64,000 bases of DNA, taken from positions 64,001-128,000 of the forward strand of contig CAVPSJ010000015.1 in the NCBI GenBank assembly GCA_963708295.1, read 5' to 3'. The notes under the pieces are model-generated. The model was not told the DNA's origin. It did no database searches and saw nothing but the letters and a program-made list of their open reading frames with translations. A program made the translations under genes and the position numbers. Shown here in pieces: positions 49,131 through 58,181 of this stretch (the stretch's first letter is position 1; each line of letters starts with the position of its first letter). This DNA is from an uncultured delta proteobacterium. GTDB taxonomy: Bacteria; Desulfobacterota; BSN033; UBA1163.

Positions 49131-49559
49131 ATGAGACTCTGGGCCAAGATTTTACTCGGCACTGTCATCATAGTCGTTCTTCTTGTCGGGTATCTTTTTT
49201 ATGGGTTCTATAGATTCTCCGTAGGAGGGTGTGAAAACGAAATAGTGTCGGAGATTCCCAACCCTGACAAAACACTAAAGGCGGTCATTTTCCAAAGGAG
49301 TTGCGGGGCAACTACTGGTTTCAACACCCAGATTTCTGTGCTCCAAATATCAAGGTCTCTTCCAGATGATGACGGTAACATTTTTGTAGCAGATACCAAT
49401 CATGGCAGAGCACGAAGTGCAGCTTGGGGTGGCCCAGAAGCTAAAGTCTACTGGGAAACTTCTCGCAAATTAGTTATTGAGCACCAAATAATGGCTCGTG
49501 TTTTCATGGCGGAAAAGCAAATTGATGGAATTGTTGTAGAGTACATAGGGACATTGTAA
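49131..49559 (+). CDS. Hypothetical membrane-anchored protein
   Basis: N-terminal TM; C.NE...NPD..KAVIFQRSCGATTGFNTQIS motif; AT-rich. Confidence 0.7.
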   Translation: MRLWAKILLGTVIIVVLLVGYLFYGFYRFSVGGCENEIVSEIPNPDKTLKAVIFQRSCGATTGFNTQISVLQISRSLPDDDGNIFVADTNHGRARSAAWGGPEAKVYWETSRKLVIEHQIMARVFMAEKQIDGIVVEYIGTL

Positions 49560-49769
49560 GTGCCTAACAATCTCATCAACCCATCTCTCTCCAATGGAAA
49601 TCATCACCCCTTGATATTATGTAGGCTCAATGACTTGTAGGTGCTATACGTAATTAGGGATTTACGTCAGATGAGATTGCATCAGCTACCTTACGGTGGA
49701 TTCGTGACATGGGGAAAAGATGGATAGGAAGATACGGAGACACGGTGATGGGGAGATCGAGACAGGAAG

Positions 49770-49838
49770 CTGTCATTGCGAGGAACGAGAGCGACGCGGC
49801 AATCTGTTGAGATTGCTTCGCTTAGCTCGCAATGACAG
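49770..49838. repeat. Palindromic element CTGTCATTGCGAG...CTCGCAATGACAG
   Basis: 13-bp perfect terminal inverted repeat plus inner GCAATCT/AGATTGC stem; degenerate relative at about 6538-6610. Confidence 0.75.
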
Positions 49839-50976
49839 TCCGTTGGGTTCCAATGTATTAGCGATTCTTCGGTGAATGCGGGACATTGGGAAAAGGGAAA
49901 GGTCCTTCAGGAAGACCCATTTTCCTCTTCCTTTTCCGTCGATGACCGACAGTGAAAAACGTGGAGCGTGAGCTTGAAGTGGGAGAAAGTCTGTCTGGAA
50001 AGTTCCGATAGACTCTTTGACTTCGGCGGTCATTCCCATCTCACTCTTGATGTTATGTCTTAACCTAAACCTCGAACTTCTTTTCACCTCAATAGTCCAG
50101 TTTGGAAATTCCCAGAGTCCTCCCAAAAGTCCCCGCGGCGGCCTTTGCCGCAGAAGAACTTTTCCATTCTCGCTGAATCACGGCGGAGATCGCCTCGATA
50201 TGGGGAATCTTCTTCTTAAGGATTTTTGTCGGGAATCTCTCCGGATCTCCGGAGGCCCTTCCGTTACAAAGATCAAGGAGGGGGCATTCAGGGCATTGGG
50301 GTTCTTTGGGGGTGCAGATCATCGCGCCCAAATCCATCAGGCCCTGGTTAAAGGAGCTCGCCTTGCCTTTCGGAATGAGAGATTCAGAGAGATGCCAGAG
50401 ACGGACTTCGCTCTTGCCCCCGGCCGGTGGTTCTGCGATGGCAAAGAGCCTGGACAGCACCCTCTTCACATTTCCATCCAGAACAGGTGCTTCTTTATTG
50501 AAGGCAATAGAGAGGATGGCTCCTGCTGTGTAACGGCCGATACCCGGGAAGGTGCGAAGGTCCGTTAGGTTATCCGGAATTTTCCCATTAAAATCGTTTG
50601 AAACGATCCGAGAGGCGCGGTGGAGGTTTCTGGCCCTTGAATAATAGCCCAGCCCTTCCCAGACTTTTAAGACCTTTGAGAGATCGGCCTTCGCCAAATG
50701 GCGGACGGTGGGAAAAGCTTTTAGAAATCTTAGGTAATAGGGAATCACCGTGGCTACCTGGGTTTGCTGGAGCATGATCTCCGAAACCCAGATGGCATAA
50801 GGATCCCTGGTTTTTCTCCAGGGAAGGTCTCTTCCGTTTTCCTTATACCATTGGAGAAGTTTTGCCTGAATTTTTCTTCTTCGGGGGATGTCAGATGTAG
50901 CGTCGGCATTTACTGCCGACGGAATTCTCGTTTTAATTCGCCCCCAATAAATGGGGGCGCTACGATTCTTGTTCAA
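49773..50976 (-). CDS. mutY: A/G-specific adenine glycosylase MutY, two frameshifts; start uncertain
   Basis: RDLPWR, VSEIMLQQTQV, WEGLGYYSRARNL, PGIGRYTAGA, LDGNVKRV, C.PKEPQC.ECPL..C, GGLWEFP. Confidence 0.9.
50897..50963. repeat. Inverted doublet of GTAG-type REP hairpins
   Basis: GTAGCGTCGGCATTTACTGCCGAC on + and GTAGCGCCCCCATTTATTGGGGGCG on -. Confidence 0.65.
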
Positions 50977-50991
50977 GGGGCTAATAATTGG

Positions 50992-51954
50992 TTAGATCAG
51001 GCTGCAGCACATCTCAACGAATTTCGTATCGAGACCGATTTCTTTTGCATAATCGATGGTTCCCTGCAAGGGGTACGCGATGGTGTTGATTCCGGAGTCG
51101 ATCGCCCCTTTCTCCATTGCTGCTTTCCATGGATGGGCTGGCCGGATACACCCCATTCGGATGGGAGTGCCAGGATTAAGAATACGGGCGATCGCTGCAA
51201 TCTTGGATATTTCCTCCGGATTGGGGACTCTGAAACGATTTTCTCCGTCGGGTTGCAGGTTTTTGAGGATGACCAAAACAATGGTTTCAACGGCGACGCG
51301 AGTCACCATCTCTAAAGCCCGCCATTCTCCCCGGATCTCTCCAAAGTGATGTCCGATGATGATGTGCGGAGCGAGGCGATGCCCCATCTCTTTTAACATC
51401 CAGAGTGTTTCTTCGTAATCTTCCACTCTTTTGTTGAGATGGTAGACTTCGCGAATCGTGTTCTCGTCGCCGATGACATCGATCAGAATCTGATCAACCG
51501 CCGCGTCTTTGAGTTTTTCAGCGATTTCCCTTCGAATAAGACCGGTGTGAACGATGACCTTAAATTGTGGGTTCTTCTTTTTCAGGGACTTCAACGATGG
51601 GATGAATCGTTCCAGGGGGACTTCCCCATTAAGGTTTGCTCCCCCGCTCACCAAAATACCCTGAGCCCCCTTGAGCCGAAGCTGGTCAACCGCCTCGGAA
51701 AAGGTTTCAGGGTCTGCCGCAGGGATCATCGACTCAAGAAGTTTTCCTTTGCAGTGTGCACATCGAAGATCACAATGGTCTCCCGTCACACTGATTGCTG
51801 CAAAACGGTCTTTTTGAAGAGAAAGTGTATCGTCATGGTAATGAACAGTCCCGGGGATAGAAAAGGCAAGTTCATTGCCGAAATGGGCCTTTCGAAGCCG
51901 GAAAGCTTCGGATTGAAGAACAGTTAATGGAGTTTGGATTAATTCCCGAATCAT
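50992..51954 (-). CDS. lipS1: Radical SAM lipoate-synthase subunit, LipS1-like
   Basis: CDLRCAHC, GCIRP and C-terminal CC; operon with lipoate ligase. Confidence 0.75.
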   Translation of the reverse strand: MIRELIQTPLTVLQSEAFRLRKAHFGNELAFSIPGTVHYHDDTLSLQKDRFAAISVTGDHCDLRCAHCKGKLLESMIPAADPETFSEAVDQLRLKGAQGILVSGGANLNGEVPLERFIPSLKSLKKKNPQFKVIVHTGLIRREIAEKLKDAAVDQILIDVIGDENTIREVYHLNKRVEDYEETLWMLKEMGHRLAPHIIIGHHFGEIRGEWRALEMVTRVAVETIVLVILKNLQPDGENRFRVPNPEEISKIAAIARILNPGTPIRMGCIRPAHPWKAAMEKGAIDSGINTIAYPLQGTIDYAKEIGLDTKFVEMCCSLI

Positions 51955-52002
51955 TTGATTATTTACAATGTTAGTATAAATCCGAAATACAGCAGGTATA
52001 TT

Positions 52003-52160
52003 AATGAACCCAAAAGAATTTCTTATAAAATCCCTCCCCACCTCCCTTTGCCTGCTCCCTGGCAGGGAAAACACACCAAAGGGAGGAATACCCCCCTCTT
52101 TGGCAAAGAGGGGGAGGGGGAGATTTTCCGAAAATTGTGTCTAGTCAATTATGGAGTTCT
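52003..52160 (-). repeat. Gene-less copy of the DUF559-associated hairpin element
   Basis: End motif CCATAATTGACTAGACAC on - at 52137-52154; hairpins CCCCCTCTTTGGCAAAGAGGGGG and CCTCCCTTTG...CAAAGGGAGG inside AAAATC...GATTTT. Confidence 0.6.
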
Positions 52161-53184
52161 TATTAAATCCCAACTGGGTTCTTATTTCTTCAATATCTTC
52201 CGCTTCGGGCATAAAGGGAAAGTTTCGAATCGGGCCCGAAGGTCGCTCATTCCCATAGGGCCGGTTGCAGGCCACTTTCCCGTCCCTGCCAGGACACCCG
52301 GAGGTCATAAAGGGTTCTCCGATCCGAACAAGGGGCTCGACGTCCGTCCCGAAATCGATCAATCTTCCGCTTTCGTCAAACTTCATCTGGGTGGCTGAAC
52401 CGAGGGATTCATTGATGATCCAGCGGGCAAGCTGGATTCTCCGGTACTGGTCAAGGGGAGGGGAGGAATGCTTTTCCATGGGACTTCCTTTCTCAGGAAA
52501 GAACGAGAAGAGATGGGTATGGGTCCCCATGTCTTGTCCTCGCTGAATCGCCTCGACCATCTCCTTTTCTGTTTCCCCCAGGCCGACGATGAGATGGATT
52601 CCAACATAAGATCTTCCGAAGACAGAAACGGCCATGCGGGTCACCTCCCAGTAATGATTCCACTGATGAGGGCCTCCTACCCCTGTTCCCCGCAATTGAT
52701 CGAAAAGTTGAGGTGTTGCGGCGTCAATGGCAATTCCAACCCGGTCCGCTCCTGCCTTCTTCATGGCCACGAGAGAACCTTCGGTGCGGATCAATGTCGG
52801 AGAGAGGAGGACGCTTATAAACAGATCGGTCTCTTCTCTCAATCTTTCAATCACATAAAGGGTATCCTCCATCGCCTTCGGATGGGTGATCATCGAGATG
52901 CAAACGCGATGGATTTGATCTTTGCCCTTTGTCCTTTCGATGATTTCCTCCAGCGGGTAGAGAGGCCAGTCCACCCTGATAAAAGTTTTCCCCTTTGGGC
53001 CTTCTTGCCTTGATTTCGAAAGCCCACAGAAATGGCATCTTCCCAGACAACCCTCGTCATAATGAAGGAGAAGGTTCAACCCCTTCAATTTCGCATTGCG
53101 GTGAAAAGATCCCGATTGAAACCCTAAGGTCAGAGAGGCAGCCAAACTGGTCTGAATAAATTGAGGACTAACTTTTTGTTCCAT
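52141..53184 (-). CDS. lipS2: Radical SAM lipoate-synthase subunit, LipS2-like
   Basis: CLGRCHFC, RVDWP, HLIVGLGETE, TSGCPG...CNRP. Confidence 0.78.
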   Translation of the reverse strand: MEQKVSPQFIQTSLAASLTLGFQSGSFHRNAKLKGLNLLLHYDEGCLGRCHFCGLSKSRQEGPKGKTFIRVDWPLYPLEEIIERTKGKDQIHRVCISMITHPKAMEDTLYVIERLREETDLFISVLLSPTLIRTEGSLVAMKKAGADRVGIAIDAATPQLFDQLRGTGVGGPHQWNHYWEVTRMAVSVFGRSYVGIHLIVGLGETEKEMVEAIQRGQDMGTHTHLFSFFPEKGSPMEKHSSPPLDQYRRIQLARWIINESLGSATQMKFDESGRLIDFGTDVEPLVRIGEPFMTSGCPGRDGKVACNRPYGNERPSGPIRNFPFMPEAEDIEEIRTQLGFNKNSIID

Positions 53185-53356
53185 GGGTTTTCCTTCTTTT
53201 CTTAAAATCTCGTAGTGTAAAGAGCTACTGATAAGGCCATTATTGTTTAGACACCATCGATTGGCATCTATTAGGCTCTTATGGCATTTGTGTGGATCGT
53301 GTCTTTATCCCCTTACCTTTATCCCCCTTAGGCAAGGGTTTCTTGCCTTCATCCCC

Positions 53357-53410
53357 CCTCTTAACCCCACCTCGCCTCCCCTTAATCTAAGGGGAGGTAG
53401 GGAGGGGTTA
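53357..53410. repeat. 54-bp hairpin direct repeat, copy 1
   Basis: CCTCCCCTTA-ATC-TAAGGGGAGG stem inside TAACCCC...GGGGTTA; 51/54 identical to 53789-53842. Confidence 0.9.
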
Positions 53411-53776
53411 AGGGTTATGAGGGGTTGCCTTCAACGTCAGTCCGGCCAGGACGCTCTCTAGATCATGCAGTACTTCATTATCCCAGAACCGGGTCACTTC
53501 AACACCATGAGCTTTCAGATATTCGGAACGGGCTGAATCATATTCCTTATTCTCGGGCTGGTTGTGCTGTCCACCGTCCAATTCTATTGCGAGCTTCAAG
53601 GCCGGAGAGTAGAAGTCTAAAATATAAGGACCTATGCTGTACTGACGAAAAAATTTCATTCCATAGGACCGCTTGTTCCGTAGGTGCGTCCAGAGGGCCT
53701 TCTCTGCCTCAGTCTGATTGCGCCTCAGGTCTCGTCGCCTTGGCTTTAACGTCGGATCATTCCGCAAGAATTTCAT
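53408..53776 (-). CDS. DUF559 (Vsr-like) endonuclease
   Basis: LRRNQTEAEKALW..LR, KFFRQYSIGPYILDFY, IELDGGQH, D..R..YL...G..V.RFW. Confidence 0.9.
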   Translation of the reverse strand: MKFLRNDPTLKPRRRDLRRNQTEAEKALWTHLRNKRSYGMKFFRQYSIGPYILDFYSPALKLAIELDGGQHNQPENKEYDSARSEYLKAHGVEVTRFWDNEVLHDLESVLAGLTLKATPHNP

Positions 53777-53788
53777 AATCCTTTCCCG

Positions 53789-53842
53789 CCTCTTAACTCC
53801 AGCTCGCCTCCCCTTAATTTAAGGGGAGGTAGGGAGGGGTTA
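53789..53842. repeat. 54-bp hairpin direct repeat, copy 2
   Basis: CCTCCCCTTA-ATT-TAAGGGGAGG stem; 51/54 identical to 53357-53410. Confidence 0.9.
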
Positions 53843-54976
53843 TCGAAGAGGTACATTTCCCCCTGTGGGTAAAGGCGGACGAAGGGCGATCTTTCTTCGG
53901 TCCGCGTAGTACTCTTTGAAGCCAACCCAGGTTTTGCGGATCAGCCCTTCGAAATCAACGCCGGGTTGGTTCCAGTGCGCCTCAAGAAATTCTCTTTTCA
54001 GAGCGGCGTAGGAGAGGATTTTTCCAAATGCCTCTTGCCATTCAATTTCATAGTTCTTCAAATAGTGAAGATCTCCTCTTACAACTGCCTCTGCAGCAAT
54101 CTTTCCTGCGATCTCCCCGTCCATGGCAGCGTTAAAGATCCCTGCCCCTGTAATGGGATGGGCGTGCCCTGCCGCATCCCCTAGGAGAAGGATGTTGTCG
54201 AAGAAAGTCCTCCGGTAGGGCTCACAGGGGATTGACCCTCCTGTTTTTGAAACGATTTCAGCGCTTACCCATTTCTTGGATTTTCTCAATAGATTTAAGA
54301 AATCACCGAGCAGACTTGGCAATTGAGCGGTTTTGGAAGCCACCACTCCCACTCCCACATTGGCCGTACTCCCTTTCGGGAAAAACCAGGCATATCCTCC
54401 CTCAAAGTCTTTATGGAAAAAAACCTCCACATGATTCTGAGGCTTCGGCATCACGACTTCATATTGAAGGGCCACAAGGGTCTTCAAAGAAGGTTGGCCA
54501 ACGAAACGCGCGATGGCTGAGTGGACCCCATCCGCACCGATAAAGATCTTCGATCGAATGATCGCTTTCTCAGGGCCTCGCTCTACAGCAAGGCCCTCGG
54601 CAAGAAGACTCACTGCCCTCGTTTCTATAGAAATCTTTGCTCCGGCTAAAACGGCTGAAGCGACCAACTCCTTATCGAAGAGGGACCGGTCGAGCATATA
54701 CCCGGGGCTTTTCATCTCATAGGATGCCCCGTCAGGGAGATGAGTGACCATCGAATCAATGGTCTGATGAATGCAGGTTGGCGAGAAATGAGCATGGCGA
54801 GAGATCCATTGGGGGACAAATTCAGCACACTGAACCGGAACCCCCACACGCTGCCTCCGGTCAATGAATAGGACCTTCGCTCCCCTTTCCGCCGCGGTCT
54901 TCGCTGCGCTTGAGCCCGCTGGACCGGCCCCAATGATGACTATGTCATAAGGTTCTGCCAAAGAAGCTTCACCCAT
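53840..54976 (-). CDS. Geranylgeranyl-reductase-family FAD/NAD(P)H oxidoreductase (LipT-like by context)
   Basis: DIVIIGAGPAGS, IGADG..S, GYAWFFPKG, GDAAG..HPITGAGI. Confidence 0.85.
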   Translation of the reverse strand: MGEASLAEPYDIVIIGAGPAGSSAAKTAAERGAKVLFIDRRQRVGVPVQCAEFVPQWISRHAHFSPTCIHQTIDSMVTHLPDGASYEMKSPGYMLDRSLFDKELVASAVLAGAKISIETRAVSLLAEGLAVERGPEKAIIRSKIFIGADGVHSAIARFVGQPSLKTLVALQYEVVMPKPQNHVEVFFHKDFEGGYAWFFPKGSTANVGVGVVASKTAQLPSLLGDFLNLLRKSKKWVSAEIVSKTGGSIPCEPYRRTFFDNILLLGDAAGHAHPITGAGIFNAAMDGEIAGKIAAEAVVRGDLHYLKNYEIEWQEAFGKILSYAALKREFLEAHWNQPGVDFEGLIRKTWVGFKEYYADRRKIALRPPLPTGGNVPLR

Positions 54977-56525
54977 GGCAATACTCAAGAACTCTTTGAA
55001 GGAGAGAAAGGTTGAGATGCGTCTGATTCTCAAAACGGCCTGTTAAGGCCTCTTTTTCCTGTCCGAGATCGTAACAGGTGCTCCTCTCGACGTCGATCAG
55101 GATTCCGGATAATCCGATTCGTTCAAAGTCCGGCCGATGTTTACCATAAAAAGGCTCGCAACAGGAACCGACGAATTCCTTCACTCCGGAATGTTTGAGG
55201 TCGCGAAGGGTTGATTCAAGCTCTTCATAATTCTGGATGGTGATAGGGTCCATCCCAAAGAACCTTGCCATCTGAGCGGCGTCTCCCACCGAGCACCGAC
55301 CACACTCTTCGCAACCCTGCGAGTTTCGGTAGACACATTCCACTTCCTTCGCACAATAGGGGAGGAGAAGGACTTCAGGCTTTCTCACTTCCTTAAAGGG
55401 CTTCAAAACCGGGAAGAGGTGGTGGGTCTCTTCTTCACTGAATCCCTCGGGGAGAAGGTCTATCTTTTGAAGGGCCTCTTCGACGGCCCGAATGAGATGG
55501 GTTTCGCTGATTCCGGGGATCTTCGGTTTTTCTGTTGAGAAAAAGGAACGAATGATTTCCTCGGTATTTGAAGGAGTGGCCTTTGAGTTCTTAAGAAGAC
55601 TTTCGAGGTCGAAGATCGCCCTTTTGGGATAGGCGAAGAAATCACCCGTGATCAGAATTTGGTTGATCAGACGGGCTTTGCTGTCCATCGCAATCGAGAT
55701 TCTGATCAACCCGCCCGGAGCCTTCAGCAGGGAGCTTACGGTCTTCCTTCTGGGCAAGGAGTTTCTTGTCTTGAAGATATACTCCTGAGAGGAGAAGTAT
55801 GGCAGTTTGGTACTGAGCGAATTCTCTTCGTCTGCCGTGAGGGGTTTGTTTTCGAACCGGACTCCAAAGGCCTCTTCAAACCCTTTGGCCAAGGAGGCCT
55901 TGATGGCCCGAATCGACGGGGTTCGGCCCAATTCCCACTTTAAACAGGTCACCCTTTCTTTGACGGATTCGATTTCTTTATCCTGGAGCTTTTCGGTGGG
56001 AATTCTGAGGCTTCGGAGCATCTCATCAACGTTGAAATCAACCAGGAGGGTCCCCTGGAAGAGGATTGCGCCGGAGAGCTCGGTTCCCCCTGTTCCTGAA
56101 ATCTTGCGGCCCTGAATTTCGATATCGTTTCTTGGTCGAAAATAGGCGCGGACCCCGAGATGACGAAGCCCAAGGGCGGCCGCCTCCCCCATCTTTCTAT
56201 AAAGATCTTCAATTCTTGAGGGAATCCGTGGGTCTTTCCTGGAGATGTAAATCTCCCAGCCCAGTTCATTTCTCCCCCAGTAGAGAGCGCCTCCTCCTGT
56301 GAGCCTCCGGTTAATGGCGATCCCGTGATCTCGACAGTAGTCGAGCCTCACTTCTTCCTCCACCGATTGATGATGTCCGACCAACACCGTAGGGGTGGAG
56401 AACTGGAGAAACCGGAGGGTGTGGGGGATTTTCTCCGCGGCTTTCCATTCGAGAAGAGCCTCGTCCGTGGCCATGTTTTCAGCGCCCGAGCGGGGACCTG
56501 TATCTATGAGTCTCCATGTTTCCAT
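54969..56525 (-). CDS. Lipoate-protein ligase (catalytic plus C-terminal domain) fused to a Cys-rich DUF116-like domain
   Basis: NMATDEALL, RRLTGGGA, NDIEIQGRKISGTG, ITGDFF; tail LLPYCAK..C...C.ECGRC...GSCCEPF. Confidence 0.85.
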   Translation of the reverse strand: METWRLIDTGPRSGAENMATDEALLEWKAAEKIPHTLRFLQFSTPTVLVGHHQSVEEEVRLDYCRDHGIAINRRLTGGGALYWGRNELGWEIYISRKDPRIPSRIEDLYRKMGEAAALGLRHLGVRAYFRPRNDIEIQGRKISGTGGTELSGAILFQGTLLVDFNVDEMLRSLRIPTEKLQDKEIESVKERVTCLKWELGRTPSIRAIKASLAKGFEEAFGVRFENKPLTADEENSLSTKLPYFSSQEYIFKTRNSLPRRKTVSSLLKAPGGLIRISIAMDSKARLINQILITGDFFAYPKRAIFDLESLLKNSKATPSNTEEIIRSFFSTEKPKIPGISETHLIRAVEEALQKIDLLPEGFSEEETHHLFPVLKPFKEVRKPEVLLLPYCAKEVECVYRNSQGCEECGRCSVGDAAQMARFFGMDPITIQNYEELESTLRDLKHSGVKEFVGSCCEPFYGKHRPDFERIGLSGILIDVERSTCYDLGQEKEALTGRFENQTHLNLSLLQRVLEYCHG

Positions 56526-56760
56526 TGCGATCCTTTTATAACTAATTTCTCTACAGTCTTCAATTTGAAAATAGCATAGGCCGAAACTACCAGGTCCTGC
56601 ACGAAGGCCGATGAGCAGAAAAGAGAACGAAGTGAAATCGAGGGAAGGAGGTCGTTCTTCTTCGGAAGATGAAAGTCTTTGATATTGTAACGGGAGAGGG
56701 TTGATGATTTACTTACCTGAGTGTCTGAGAAATTAGCGTAGCCGAACCGGCTGGATCATT

Positions 56761-57129
56761 TCACTCTTTTAAAAGCGATTCAATCAATGATCTGATCTCC
56801 ATGCCATCCGACGTACCCTTGACAAAGAAATGACTCGCGCCACATTCCATGGCCGCTTGCCGGTACTCAGGAAGGTCATGGCTCGTCAGCATGACGACGT
56901 CAGAGGTCGGATGCTTCCCCCTTATTTTCTTGGTCAATTCGAAGCCCGATTCACCCGGCAGGCTGATGTCCATAAAGATGAGCTGAGGGTGGAAGGATTC
57001 CATTTTCTCCATCGCTTCTTGACTGTCGGAGGCCTCCTCGATCAAAACCGAGGGGAACCAGAGGCTTAACTCCTGTTTCAGAATCTTCCGAAAGTGTCCA
57101 TTATCTTCTACAAGCAATATGTGAAACAT
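56761..57129 (-). CDS. Single-domain response regulator
   Basis: ILLVED, LIFMDISLPGESG, LTSHDLPEY, FFVKG; paralog of 17271..17645. Confidence 0.88.
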   Translation of the reverse strand: MFHILLVEDNGHFRKILKQELSLWFPSVLIEEASDSQEAMEKMESFHPQLIFMDISLPGESGFELTKKIRGKHPTSDVVMLTSHDLPEYRQAAMECGASHFFVKGTSDGMEIRSLIESLLKE

Positions 57130-57781
57130 TCGACTCCTCCAGTCCAGCTTCCAAAAAACGAATCGGTGAAACGGAGAAAGATCTTTTTCTCCGTTTCACC
57201 GGCTCCTTCGCAATCCGCAATCCGAATTCCGCATTCAGAGGGGCCATGCGACCCGGATGGCATTCATCACGAAATCTGTTCAACCAATTTAACAAGGGCT
57301 TCCAACTCATCCCATTCCAGCGATTCTTTAACAAAAAAGCCGTCAAGCTCCATATTGAAAGGCAGCTTGCCGGTACTCCAGTGAAGCATAACCTGTCAGA
57401 ACGGCAATATGAATGTCTGGAAAGTCAGTTTTTATCTTTTGGGTAAGCTTGAGGTCATTCATGACTCGCCAACATGACAACGTTGACAGTTGGCGACTTC
57501 GATTATACCAAGGATGCCGAAAATGTGAATAAGTAAAGCGCTGTATTTTGAGAGGAAAAACACTGTATTTTTACGCTCCTTATTCATGATTGTCGAGTGA
57601 AACCTTGTGGCGTTTTAATGACAAAAAAGGAGAAGGGAGAACGCGATGATGCTCATGGAGCCGTTCTTTTCTTTCTGGCGAGAAGCAGGCGATAAGCTTG
57701 CCCGCCGGCCCAGCTGCTCACCGGCAAGCAGGGGCCGGTGAGCAGGGGTTGGGCGGGAGGGGGGAGGACTGGCTAATCATT

Positions 57782-58075
57782 CTATCTCAAAACGGCGATC
57801 CGGGTGACGGCGTTCCTCATGATCGAATCCTTGATATACTCGATCTTGACTCTGTCACCGATCAGCGGGGGTCTCGAATCCAAGAAAGTCTTATACCCGC
57901 ACCAGAATACGGATACTCTCCCGTCCTCATCCCTCACCTGGAGCAGGGAAAATTCTATCCCGATCACCTGGCCATAATAGACCCTGGTCGACGCTCCAAC
58001 GGAGTTGATAAAGAGAGAGGCGAGGATTAAGTTTACAAGAAATCCGACGACAAGAATTTTTTTTCTGCTTTCCAT
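57782..58075 (-). CDS. Small secreted OB-fold-like protein
   Basis: AAGGAGGG RBS, signal peptide, IGDRVKIEY. Confidence 0.6.
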   Translation of the reverse strand: MESRKKILVVGFLVNLILASLFINSVGASTRVYYGQVIGIEFSLLQVRDEDGRVSVFWCGYKTFLDSRPPLIGDRVKIEYIKDSIMRNAVTRIAVLR

Positions 58076-58181
58076 TTTAGATAAACCCTCCTTTTCAACC
58101 ACCAAAGACATAAGACGGCGGTATAGAAATCGATCACGATTCTGAATTTGAGTGAGAAATCCATAGTTACCCTCTTTTTGG

